DNA of 64,000 bases from positions 1,560 through 65,559 of the IMG/VR virus record IMGVR_UViG_3300017774_007926, one strand, 5' to 3'. This DNA is from a virus (taxonomy: Duplodnaviria; Caudoviricetes). Below the pieces are notes generated by a model. The model was not told where the DNA came from. It saw only the letters and a program-made list of their open reading frames with translations, and did no database searches. This document shows, one piece after another, positions 30,816-40,381 of the stretch. Both the position numbers and the translations under genes were made by a program. The stretch's first letter is position 1, and the number at the start of each line of letters is the position of its first letter.

Positions 30816-32434
30816 GATCTCGGCGTAAAACACTTTTCAACCACCAAACCATCCTTTGTTTTTGTTTTGTTTCCAATGAAAATCAATACATTTCCTTGGA
30901 ATAAGTGATGCTTGTATGTTTCCAGCTGCTCTGGAAAAAAGATAATAGAATCTAATAAACCATAAGCATCCTCCACGCTGACAAACGCCATTTCTTGTCC
31001 TGGATTCTTACCTTTTTTGGTTTTAATAATATTTACATTACTAACTTCACCAGCCAAGATTATTTTTTCTGACAATAGCGTGGTTTTAAATTCTTTACAA
31101 TTAGTATTAGTCATACTTATATCATAAGAATCTAGCTTAGAGCACGATATTGCAACGCCCAATAATGAGTTTTCTGAATCTGATAACCATTCAATCTTAT
31201 CTGTTAATGAGTACGGAGGATGCTCCAATGATCTAACCAAGTTAGAGATTGGCTCTATTCTCTTTTTTGTTATCTTTTCATTAAGCAGGGCCGATAGGCT
31301 GATCCTTATATCTGCTGTTGGATTATCTTTTATAAGACAGTCGAATAATTCCAACTCTTTCTTAGTTAAAGATGACAATATATCATAATGAAAAAGTATT
31401 TCTGTTCGATTTTTCCTAAAGTAATCTAGAGCACCGCTACCAACAAGAGCTTTAGCAGCTGTGGAGTTGATATTAAGTAGTATATGGCAAATACATTCTA
31501 AATATCCTAATAAATTAATATCTTTCTGTTGTGTAAGCTCTAGTAGCTTTTTGAATACAGAATCTCCAACCCCCTTAATATCCGTTAATCCGAAGTATAT
31601 ATTCTTGTCTTTAATAAAAAAGTTCTTATTAAGATTTCGTAGATCCGGGAGCCTAACATCAATACCCATTTCGTTGGCGTTTCTTGCTAATTCTTTGATT
31701 TCCTGTTGAGGATCTATTTTGTCCTTAGCAAATTTTAAGTAAGAGGCAAAAAATACTCTAGAGAAGTGAGCTTTTGCATAAGCTGAGAGGTATGCGTTCA
31801 TCGCATAACTAATACTATGAGACTTATTGAAAGAGTATCTTTGTGATTTTTCAATCCAGCCGAAGATTTCTTCTGCCTGATCCTCTGTTACTATGTTCTT
31901 TTCTTTAGATCCTGTTAAGAATTTTTTCTTCAATTTAGCCATTTCTTCTGGTTTCTTTTTTCCAATAGCTTTTCTTAACATGTCCGCTTCCTGCAAGTCA
32001 AATCCTGCAATATCGTGGGCTATCTGCATACTTTCTTCTTGATATATCATTTCTCCATATGTTGTCTTTAGCGCCGGTTCTAACGCCATATGAAAATAGT
32101 CAATACTTTCCAATCCATTTTTCTTGTCTATATAGTGATTGGTAATACTTTTACCGTCTCTAACAGATTCTAAGCATCCTGGCCTAAGAATAGCTATTAA
32201 CCCAGATAATTGTTCAATATTTTCTGGCTTAAGTTTTTTAGCCATCATTTGACCAAGCCTAGACTCCAATTGAAAACATCCTTTGGTATTACCTTCAGAT
32301 ATTAGATCCCAAGTTCTATAGCATTCCAGATTAAGATTTTCTATATTAGCAGAAAATTCTATTTTTGGAATATCACCTGAACCATCTATTACCTTAAATT
32401 TACAGCCACAATCAAATGCAAAAAAATCAGACAT
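30812..32434 (-). CDS. dnaE: DNA polymerase III alpha, C-terminal piece (fingers, HhH, OB fold)
   Basis: GCFQLES, RPG, YQEE, EADMLRKAIGKKK, YSFNKSHS, FGLTDIKGVG, MAFVSVED. Confidence 0.9.
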   Translation of the reverse strand: MSDFFAFDCGCKFKVIDGSGDIPKIEFSANIENLNLECYRTWDLISEGNTKGCFQLESRLGQMMAKKLKPENIEQLSGLIAILRPGCLESVRDGKSITNHYIDKKNGLESIDYFHMALEPALKTTYGEMIYQEESMQIAHDIAGFDLQEADMLRKAIGKKKPEEMAKLKKKFLTGSKEKNIVTEDQAEEIFGWIEKSQRYSFNKSHSISYAMNAYLSAYAKAHFSRVFFASYLKFAKDKIDPQQEIKELARNANEMGIDVRLPDLRNLNKNFFIKDKNIYFGLTDIKGVGDSVFKKLLELTQQKDINLLGYLECICHILLNINSTAAKALVGSGALDYFRKNRTEILFHYDILSSLTKKELELFDCLIKDNPTADIRISLSALLNEKITKKRIEPISNLVRSLEHPPYSLTDKIEWLSDSENSLLGVAISCSKLDSYDISMTNTNCKEFKTTLLSEKIILAGEVSNVNIIKTKKGKNPGQEMAFVSVEDAYGLLDSIIFFPEQLETYKHHLFQGNVLIFIGNKTKTKDGLVVEKCFTPRS

Positions 32435-33122
32435 TACCAAATGACCCCTTAAACTTTATCTTGTTAGATAAATTCCTATGTAATTTTAGAAATCTAATCA
32501 ATATATCTGCAGTATCTTTTACGTCCTTCAAAGCATCGTGAGCACCTTCTTTAGATATGCCTAAATAATCTCTAAGATTATCCAGAGTATAGTTCTTGAG
32601 CTCATTATTGCCTTCAAACCAATAAAATACCATGTTCATTAAATCTACAACATCTCTAGGATAGAATAAGCTAGACTTACCTTCTTTATTGAGATTATTA
32701 TACTTATTACTAAGTCTCTCAATAATCTTAAGGTCAAATCTATTTATATTGTATCCAGCAGCAATAGGAGCACTAAAGCAAGATTTTCTTTCAGATCTGG
32801 TATGATACATATCAAGGTATGATGTGAACATTTTCCATCCATGATCTTGCTTCTGATAAGAACCCCATTCTTTTAGAATATCTGCTTTAGAAGAACCCCT
32901 AACTTTTGCATGAAAATCTAGAACATCGCTATCTGCATAGTCGTATTCTGGATTATCTATCAGAGCTTCTGGTTTAATACTGATATTAAATTCAGAATCC
33001 GGAACTACTTGTAATTTAAGAGGATCTATAATAATAGCAGCTATCTGAACAGGACTACATTTTTCTGGATTGATACCGTCAGTCTCGAAATCGAAAACAC
33101 AAATTTTTTGAAAATTAGGCAT
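32427..33122 (-). CDS. DEDDh 3'-5' exonuclease (DnaQ/epsilon-like)
   Basis: VFDFETDG, AGYNINRFD, AHDALKDV. Confidence 0.9.
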   Translation of the reverse strand: MPNFQKICVFDFETDGINPEKCSPVQIAAIIIDPLKLQVVPDSEFNISIKPEALIDNPEYDYADSDVLDFHAKVRGSSKADILKEWGSYQKQDHGWKMFTSYLDMYHTRSERKSCFSAPIAAGYNINRFDLKIIERLSNKYNNLNKEGKSSLFYPRDVVDLMNMVFYWFEGNNELKNYTLDNLRDYLGISKEGAHDALKDVKDTADILIRFLKLHRNLSNKIKFKGSFGNV

Positions 33123-33294
33123 TAATAACTACCACTAGGTTATCGGTAAAAAATACTCTTGAATTAATATTGTCAGATAAATGAGCATTTACTGACTGAC
33201 AACAAGTAATTTTTACAGAGTTTGTCTTTACATACTCAGAACCGTTTACACTGAATTTTTCTCCTACTGCTAATTCACCGAAAGTTTTTTCCAT
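33115..33294 (-). CDS. Small hypothetical protein (59 aa, not in the ORF track)
   Basis: MEKTFGELAVGEKFSVNGSEYVKTNSVKITCCQSVNAH...; fills the gap between dnaE-N and the exonuclease exactly, with GGAG RBS upstream. Confidence 0.65.
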   Translation of the reverse strand: MEKTFGELAVGEKFSVNGSEYVKTNSVKITCCQSVNAHLSDNINSRVFFTDNLVVVINA

Positions 33295-33296
33295 AA

Positions 33297-35182
33297 TTAT
33301 TCTCCATTTTTTAATAGGTCAGAAATAGTCATAACTTTATCCAACATAGCTACTCCTAGAATATCGAATTTAATTACACCCAAAGCTTCCAAGTCTTGCA
33401 TCTCCATGCCTGCAATAAGTTGGTCATTTTTTGAATCATAAATCATGGGACAAACATTACTGAGCTCATCAATACTAATAACAATACCAGCAGCATGTTT
33501 TGATTGATTGGATTTAGTTCCTTCTAAACGAATAGCCTGCTCAAAACGCTTTGCCAGAGGGCCAGCAAGCTCTCCCTCTTCATTAATATAGCACCACTCC
33601 TTGAGTTTGTCAACATTGTTTTCTAATGCCCAACGGATAATAGATGCTTCGCCAGTATCTTCTTTCATCTCTTGCAACTCGTCTGCAATTTTTGCTTCGT
33701 CCGGAATATATTTTGTTATACGATTCATCTCTTCAAATGCCACATTACCATATACTCTTAATACCTCCTTTAAAGCTCCTCTTCCTTTCATAGTATTATA
33801 AGTTATCATTTGAGATACCTTATTGCTTCCATACTTATTTTTAATATATGAGATGATTTCTTCTCTTTTATTGATTGGTACGTCAACGTCTATATCTGGC
33901 ATAGAAATACGGTCGGCAGTATTTCGGCCAGAATTATAAAATCTACTAAATAGTAGATCGTACCTTATGGGATCTATAGCAGTAATTCCTATTAAGTATG
34001 AGACCAAACATCCTGCAGCAGACCCTCTTCCTGGTCCTGGAAGCCAATTATTAGACTTAACATTATTGAGTATGTCTTGAATTATCAAAAAGTAGCTTGA
34101 CAACCCAGCACCCTGTAAAACATCTAGTTCTTCCTTAATTCTATCGACATAGATTTGTTGCTTATCCTTTGGGATATTATTGGCTATCTTATCTCTCCAA
34201 CCATTTCTACATAATTCTCTTAAATATTCATCTGGATTAAATCCCTTTGGGCATTCGAAATTTGGAAGAGCAGGCTTATTTAGAATGTCATATGATTCTA
34301 TCATAGAGTCTATATGATTGGTATTATCTATTTCTTCTTGAGAATGTAAATTAGCCATTTCTTCTGGAGACAATATGTAATAATTATCTGACTTAAAAAA
34401 ACATCCCATAGGAACATCTTCGTTGTTGAGTATCTTTTTATTAATATCAACAAGAGTAGTCTTTAGATTATTGCATAACAGAATTCTTTGATCAACAGCA
34501 TCTGACTTATCGCAATAATGAGCATCCGGTGTGCATATGACTTTTGTTTTAGTTATTGAGCCAAGTCTTCTTATTAGATCTGTTAGCTTAACCTGTTCTG
34601 GTATATGTTCTCTATCCATGAGTTGAGACTCTAAGAAGAAATTATCTTGACCAAAAATATCCTTCATTTTAGCTATCATTTCAATAGCTTCTTTCTCGGG
34701 ATCGTCATTGGATCTTAGTATCTTATTTGCCAATACTGATCCTAGGTGACCACAAAAGCCAATTAGATTACCGTCTAAAAATTCTTGTAATCTATTAAAA
34801 CTTAGTCTAGGCTTATGATAAAAATTATGCTTGCTATTAGATTCAGATATGATTCTTATTAGACTAGCCCACCCCTTTTTGTTCTTAGCCAAGACTATAA
34901 AATGTCCAAGCTTACTATTTTCTTTAGTCTTTACATGAGAATCATCTTCACTAATATATAATTCACAACCTAAAATGGGTTTGATGCCATTAGATTTCAT
35001 TGACTGGTAAAACTGTACAGTTCCAGATATTGTTCCGTGGTCAGTAATTGCACATGAAGTTACGCCAAGAGTATTACATCTTTTTGCAATTTGTGCCGGT
35101 TTAGATAGTCCATCCAAAAGTGAGTAATGTGACCCACTTAAGAATGGACGTGCAGAGGAATATACCTCTTATTCACGTCCAT
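33297..35182 (-). CDS. dnaE: DNA polymerase III alpha, N-terminal piece (PHP + palm), interrupted by an 11-nt insertion after codon 14
   Basis: MDVNKRYIPLHVHS* (ATG 35182, AAGGA RBS) joins HYSLLDGLSKP if 11 nt are skipped. Also AITDHG, PGRGSAAG, MPDIDVD, HAAG, KFDILG. Confidence 0.9.
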
Positions 35183-35234
35183 CTTTTATTTCCTTCTTTT
35201 GGTATTGAGGCTCAAGGAGAAACTGACTTGATGT

Positions 35235-35262
35235 ATTGTACGATACGAATAGGTATTGTCAA
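35235..35262 (-). promoter_or_regulatory. Sigma70-type promoter for dnaE-N
   Basis: TTGACA-16 nt-TACAAT in the 92-nt intergenic gap. Confidence 0.7.
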
Positions 35263-35274
35263 GCGAAAGAGATA

Positions 35275-36318
35275 TCATTCTGTGGTTCCAGGTGCTTTGT
35301 ACTTTGCAAATGAGTGATTTTTATTCTTATACTCTTTTACAACAGAATCCATACCATTAAGATTAATATCATGCTTAATTTGTTCACATTTTGTCATTGT
35401 TGAACCCACACCGCATGTCTGATTTTCTCTATATTCTATTTGTGGCTCTATATGAGTATTATCAAATGTTGTTTTACCAAAATGACATAATTTTGTACAC
35501 ATCCAGCTTTTATTTAGTCTTGGTTTTCGTGTATTCTTAACTATTTCAAATTTTTGACGCAACATGTCTTCTGTTTTAGAAAGATCTGATTTATCAAAGC
35601 ATATGGAAAAAGGACCGCCATCGTTAATAAAATAGATAGAAAATATGATATGGTCTATGTGAGGATATAAATGACTAATAGCATAATGATATATTCGTAG
35701 CTGTGGGTCGTTCTGTAGTTTTTCTAAAGTCTTTTCTTGTCCGGTTGCCCAATCTAATCTTCGACCGGTTTTCCAGTCAATAATCTCGATAGTATTATCG
35801 TTTACTAGAGTTATAAGATCTATTGTACCCTTAATACCCAGATTGCCTTCTAGCTTACCCTCTGGAGTATCATAAGAATAAGCTGCCCATGGTTTTTTAA
35901 TTTCAATATCAAAATGTTGTTCTGGACATAGTATATGCCTATTTCTTGGATCGAACATACCGTCATTAAATTCTATTGCTTTGTAAACCCACGCATGACA
36001 ATCTTTATAGTCTTTTGGTGTCCATTTATGAAAAGCTTCTGCCGTAGAATAATAGTCATATACTTTTTGTATTATGCTATCTAAATTATATGATTCAACA
36101 TTAATAGATCCAATAATATCATCAACAAAAACACTAATATTATCTTGTTGAGATTTTTTAATAATAGCTAATATTTCCAACACTTTATGAACTACCGTTC
36201 CTTTAGAAGCTTTGAGACCGCTCACACCTCTCCAACCCAAAACATATTCAAGAAAATACTGTTGCTCACATAAAGAATGGGTGTTGTATGATGAACTGCG
36301 AAAATAAGTTACAATCAT
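35275..36318 (-). CDS. PD-(D/E)XK exonuclease, Cas4/AddB-like with probable Fe-S staple
   Basis: GTVVHKVLE, GTIDL...IIDWKTG, QLRIY; Cys at LCEQQ plus WMCTKLC and further C-terminal Cys. Confidence 0.8.
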   Translation of the reverse strand: MIVTYFRSSSYNTHSLCEQQYFLEYVLGWRGVSGLKASKGTVVHKVLEILAIIKKSQQDNISVFVDDIIGSINVESYNLDSIIQKVYDYYSTAEAFHKWTPKDYKDCHAWVYKAIEFNDGMFDPRNRHILCPEQHFDIEIKKPWAAYSYDTPEGKLEGNLGIKGTIDLITLVNDNTIEIIDWKTGRRLDWATGQEKTLEKLQNDPQLRIYHYAISHLYPHIDHIIFSIYFINDGGPFSICFDKSDLSKTEDMLRQKFEIVKNTRKPRLNKSWMCTKLCHFGKTTFDNTHIEPQIEYRENQTCGVGSTMTKCEQIKHDINLNGMDSVVKEYKNKNHSFAKYKAPGTTE

Positions 36319-37007
36319 TTTTTATTTTTCCTATTGTGTTTTGTTATTACTTGACAAAAATCTAAAAATTCATCATCCGATAATTCCCATTTCATATTAT
36401 TTACAGTTTTATGAACCCATCTTATATTATTAATATTGTAGCCATATTCACTGTCTATTCTATCTACAGAGGCTGTTTGAGTAGTGTGTTTTTCTCCAAT
36501 TTTATTGAATCGTATATTAATACCAGATAGTGCACACCTACCATTTTGTTTTACAAATAAATCCCATAAATCTTCCATTGTGATACTAAATTCTAAGTTT
36601 CTACGTTTTGCTCCACCTACTAGAGAACAAAAATATCTACCAGATATTGTGTGATGTGTTCTTTTTTTTCTATCTATGACAGCTTGACTTCTTGTATGCT
36701 CTCTTTGGGTAATCCCAAATTTTTTAAGGGCTTTAGAAATAATTGATTTTCTCTTGAATCCAGCTTTATGTGCGACAGACTTTAAGCTTAAGTTTTGCTT
36801 GATATAATACTCTTCTAAAAATTCTTTTGTTATAATTTTAGAACTATCTTTAAGAGAACATCTATTTATTGCATGTCTTTTCCTCGCCTGAATAACAGAA
36901 TTTACGGAAGAAATATTTAATTCTTCAGCTATTTTTTTATCGCTTTTTCTTTGATTGATGAAATGTTCTGTGAGATATTCTTTAGTTAAGATGTCTTTAG
37001 GTTTCAT
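36315..37007 (-). CDS. Free-standing HNH homing endonuclease-like protein
   Basis: Two N-terminal I.TKE.L..... HTH-like repeats; CALSG...SVDRIDSEYGYNINNIRWVHKTVNNMK. Confidence 0.75.
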   Translation of the reverse strand: MKPKDILTKEYLTEHFINQRKSDKKIAEELNISSVNSVIQARKRHAINRCSLKDSSKIITKEFLEEYYIKQNLSLKSVAHKAGFKRKSIISKALKKFGITQREHTRSQAVIDRKKRTHHTISGRYFCSLVGGAKRRNLEFSITMEDLWDLFVKQNGRCALSGINIRFNKIGEKHTTQTASVDRIDSEYGYNINNIRWVHKTVNNMKWELSDDEFLDFCQVITKHNRKNKK

Positions 37008-37051
37008 AATATTTTTTCGTGAATAATTGATGGGAACTATTGTACATATTT

Positions 37052-37058
37052 ATACACC
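37052..37058 (-). promoter_or_regulatory. GGTGTAT motif (candidate phage-specific promoter)
   Basis: GGTGTATAAATAT, intergenic, 45 nt upstream of the HNH ATG. Confidence 0.6.
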
Positions 37059-37066
37059 TAAAGATT

Positions 37067-37789
37067 TTATAGCGGTAGAATCTCCTGTAAAAATTTTTGT
37101 ATATCCATACATTGATTATATATGTCCATATTTGCATTATCGCAGATATAATCAAAATTGGACCAGTCGTAGTTATCTTTGTCTAATGCTACTTCGGCTT
37201 TAGCTGATGAGTCAAAAGGATTTCTTGTTAATCTGAGTACTTTGCCACCTTCTGCCTTAATGCTATCGGCTTCATTTGGAAATCTACAATCAGCAATAAT
37301 AGCTATCGAAGGTTTTTCCTCTTTAATCTTTTTAATGGTTGCTTCTACCCATACATTATTTTTAAGTGTGCGAAAAATATTGGTACCAATAATTTCCATA
37401 GCTTCTCTTCCGGTAAGCTGCTTATTATCCCACGTTAGGTCGGTTAAAGTATTCTTTTCTTCATCTGATCCATAACATTGCTCATAGGTTAAACCTAGAA
37501 TATTCATACAAATATCTTTTTTCAAGGGATCAGCAAAACTATATACTTTAATATGTTTATCTAGTTTTTCAGCTACCTTATTTAATACAAAATCATTTCT
37601 GTTAATATTAGATAAATCGAATATCCCAGAATAGTTATTGTCATTAAGAAGGTCAGAAACAACAATTTGGCCATTTGCATTTATGGATACTTTTTTAGCT
37701 ATTTCTAGTTGAGCAATAAACAAGGATATAATAAAGTTACTAGATGTACTTTTGCCCGATTGTTTTTTTCCTGAAAATCCTATGATCAT
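37067..37789 (-). CDS. Deoxynucleoside monophosphate kinase
   Basis: IIGFSGKKQSGKST, SFADPLK, ADCRFPNE. Confidence 0.85.
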   Translation of the reverse strand: MIIGFSGKKQSGKSTSSNFIISLFIAQLEIAKKVSINANGQIVVSDLLNDNNYSGIFDLSNINRNDFVLNKVAEKLDKHIKVYSFADPLKKDICMNILGLTYEQCYGSDEEKNTLTDLTWDNKQLTGREAMEIIGTNIFRTLKNNVWVEATIKKIKEEKPSIAIIADCRFPNEADSIKAEGGKVLRLTRNPFDSSAKAEVALDKDNYDWSNFDYICDNANMDIYNQCMDIQKFLQEILPL

Positions 37790-38952
37790 ATAAGGTCTTT
37801 AATTAGGGGTTTGATTTCGTTATTAATTTCTTCAATACTCATTGAAGCTATATCTTCTTTACTAGGAGAAATATTCTTAATATTATATGTTTTTTCGCAT
37901 TTCTGTCTTATCTGAATGGCCGCTTTTTGACCAGCCTCGTCATTGTCCATTATAGTAATAATGGTCATGGCACCAGAAGTGTCCAAAATCATTTTCTGAC
38001 GATCACTCAATGATGAACCAAATATTGCTACGGCATTAAGTATGCCAGCTTCAGACAATCTCCAAACATTTCCTGGGCTTTCAACAAGAATAACACAAGA
38101 TATTTCTTTGATTCTGTGCTGTGCAATCCAAAAATTATACAAATGCTCCTGGGTTTTAAATCCAGTATTATGTCTCCATTTTGAATATTTCCATAAAGAA
38201 TCAGCAGATGGACAGCTTGTTTTTGGGTCGTGGTATGCTTTGCATTGTGAGCATTTCTCATATATACTTCGTCCGGTACAACCGACCATGTATTTAAAAT
38301 CAGGGTCGTATATCGGCACCACGGCCCTACCATTCATCTCTTTTCCTTGAACCTGACAGTCCCCTACATCATAGTTGTTAAGGGTTAGGGCGGAAAATCC
38401 TCTGCTGAGAAAATAATCAGAAGGAATAGATAGGCTTTTCCTAATTACATCTTTTGATATCTTCGGACTATCATCTTGGTTATTATTGCTAATATACTTA
38501 ACCGTATTAACAAAAGCCGTTTTTTCTTTAGCTTTTCTTGATATCTTTATGCTAGAAAAATCTTCTCGTATAAATGCTGTTGCAAAGTCTAAGGCCTCTT
38601 TAAATGAGCATATCTGATCTCCAGATTTTACCCAACCATAAGTATTATGAGATAAACATCCTCTAATGAATCCTATGATCGATCCTTTAAATGTTTCTTC
38701 ACACTGATGAGTTCTACACTTCCAGTTACCTCTATATGAGTCGCCTTGATGATAAATATTAAGCGCAGACTCATTATCTCCACCATGAATTGGACAACTC
38801 ATAGCAATAAGCTTACCAAGATTCTTATACCCCTCTATTCCTAGAGTATCTAGAAGTTCTTCAATATTGTCACATAAAGCATCTGAAACGTATTTCAGTT
38901 TTGCTTGATCATACGAATGGGATTTCTTGATTTTGTTCATTGTTATTGGCAT
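37786..38952 (-). CDS. dnaG: DnaG-like primase
   Basis: CPIHGGDN...WKCRTHQC zinc finger; TOPRIM VILVESPGNV...MDNDEAG. Confidence 0.85.
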   Translation of the reverse strand: MPITMNKIKKSHSYDQAKLKYVSDALCDNIEELLDTLGIEGYKNLGKLIAMSCPIHGGDNESALNIYHQGDSYRGNWKCRTHQCEETFKGSIIGFIRGCLSHNTYGWVKSGDQICSFKEALDFATAFIREDFSSIKISRKAKEKTAFVNTVKYISNNNQDDSPKISKDVIRKSLSIPSDYFLSRGFSALTLNNYDVGDCQVQGKEMNGRAVVPIYDPDFKYMVGCTGRSIYEKCSQCKAYHDPKTSCPSADSLWKYSKWRHNTGFKTQEHLYNFWIAQHRIKEISCVILVESPGNVWRLSEAGILNAVAIFGSSLSDRQKMILDTSGAMTIITIMDNDEAGQKAAIQIRQKCEKTYNIKNISPSKEDIASMSIEEINNEIKPLIKDLI

Positions 38953-40378
38953 CGATTAAAAATCCATCCGAGTTTGATTTGTTATTATGCATCATCTCTA
39001 GCTTAGTCTGGCCTTCTGTAATCTTGGCACACCAACCCTTCATATGACAATTGATATAGTCGTTGTCATCCAACCCTCCACCATGCCTGCTAATTACTGG
39101 TACCAATTTACGATTACCAGATTTTCCTCCATCTTCGGCAATCTCTTCGTCAGACTTTCTCTTAAATATGGAAAAGTTACTACATAGCCATATAATTCTA
39201 TCCGAACCGCTTGCAGAATCGGTACTCTCTTTAGATATACCGTCACGATTAAGCTGAATAAATGAAAGGATTGGAACCTTGTATTTAACGGCAAAATTAT
39301 GCAGGGCGGTCATCATGAAGCCTAGTACCTGATATTCTTTTAGGTCTTGAGATATTCCACCGGAATCCATTAGCTTTAGATAGTCATATATAATAACACA
39401 GTCCTTAGCTGTTCCGTCATCATTTAAACCAACGTCCTTAACTAGCCATCTTCTCATAATAGCTAATTGTTCATCGAATGGTTTTCCAGCGATAGACTTA
39501 TGATAAAGAGGTGCGGCTTTAAGATCCTTAACTGCCTGCTCTATTTTCTTAGCGTTAATAGGAGACTCTGTAAATTTGCCAGTTTCGATCTTGTTGATCT
39601 CAATTTCTGTACTCATAGCCAAGATTCTATGGATATGATCTTCTTTATTCATTTCAGTATCCATATTTAATACTGGAATATTTTGTCTTGCTATATGGTA
39701 ACCTATGTTATCAGATAAAAGAGTTTTACCAACTTTTGGTCTTGCTCCTATAACATTGATTGTTCCTTTTCTTAGTCCTCCACCTATTGACTGATCATAA
39801 ACAGGAAATCCTGTGGAAATACCAACCTGATCGATCTTATTATTTTGTAGATATTCAATATACTCATCTAATCCAGCAGACATGAATGTTGGGGCATTGT
39901 CATTATCATTATTCAGCGAGGAAGAGAAGTTGAATATGGAATCTTCGGCAATACCAATAATAGATGATATTGATTCTGATCCTGATATGTCTAGCAGCTT
40001 TTCCTGAGTATTGCCTAGTTCCTTATGAAGCAGTCTGGCTATCTCAAGCTTTCTGATCTTGGCTGCAAATTTTCTAATATTCTCCTTATTGACAGGAAAA
40101 TCTTTAATAGCCTTTAAATGTTGAGCTTCTTCTTTCTGACTAAGAATATGAGACATTCCTAGTTCTTGAGCAGAGGAGTAGATTGAGGCTATGTCTATGG
40201 TGTTTACAGACTGTCCCTTTTCAAGGATATGCTTACAGCACTTGAATAAAACCTGATTACTATCAATAGTAAAAGATTCCTCTTGAACAATATCTCCTAT
40301 ATCAAGAAATACTTCTTCTCCATACTGGAGCATACCGCTCAATACGGCTCTTTCGGCTGATGGATCACACAAAATCAT
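38909..40378 (-). CDS. dnaB: Replicative DNA helicase
   Basis: AERAVLSGML, GARPKVGKT, DTEM, IIYDYLKLM, QLNR; no intein. Confidence 0.9.
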   Translation of the reverse strand: MILCDPSAERAVLSGMLQYGEEVFLDIGDIVQEESFTIDSNQVLFKCCKHILEKGQSVNTIDIASIYSSAQELGMSHILSQKEEAQHLKAIKDFPVNKENIRKFAAKIRKLEIARLLHKELGNTQEKLLDISGSESISSIIGIAEDSIFNFSSSLNNDNDNAPTFMSAGLDEYIEYLQNNKIDQVGISTGFPVYDQSIGGGLRKGTINVIGARPKVGKTLLSDNIGYHIARQNIPVLNMDTEMNKEDHIHRILAMSTEIEINKIETGKFTESPINAKKIEQAVKDLKAAPLYHKSIAGKPFDEQLAIMRRWLVKDVGLNDDGTAKDCVIIYDYLKLMDSGGISQDLKEYQVLGFMMTALHNFAVKYKVPILSFIQLNRDGISKESTDSASGSDRIIWLCSNFSIFKRKSDEEIAEDGGKSGNRKLVPVISRHGGGLDDNDYINCHMKGWCAKITEGQTKLEMMHNNKSNSDGFLIDANNNEQNQEIPFV

Positions 40379-40381
40379 AAT

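Noticed and set aside
32400-33320. Split intein at the DnaE junction
   Set aside because: No N-terminal Cys/Ser intein block or terminal His-Asn is present, and the known split-intein site is intact.
33373-33379. GGTGTAA variants at 33373, 48948 and 971
   Set aside because: They lie in coding sequence, explained by Gly-Val codons, and are not at the typical distance from a start.
35130-35150. Simple -1 frameshift as the dnaE repair mechanism
   Set aside because: There is no X-XXY-YYZ slippery heptamer, and it would add four residues (LSGS) within the metal-binding motif. It is less parsimonious, though not formally excluded.
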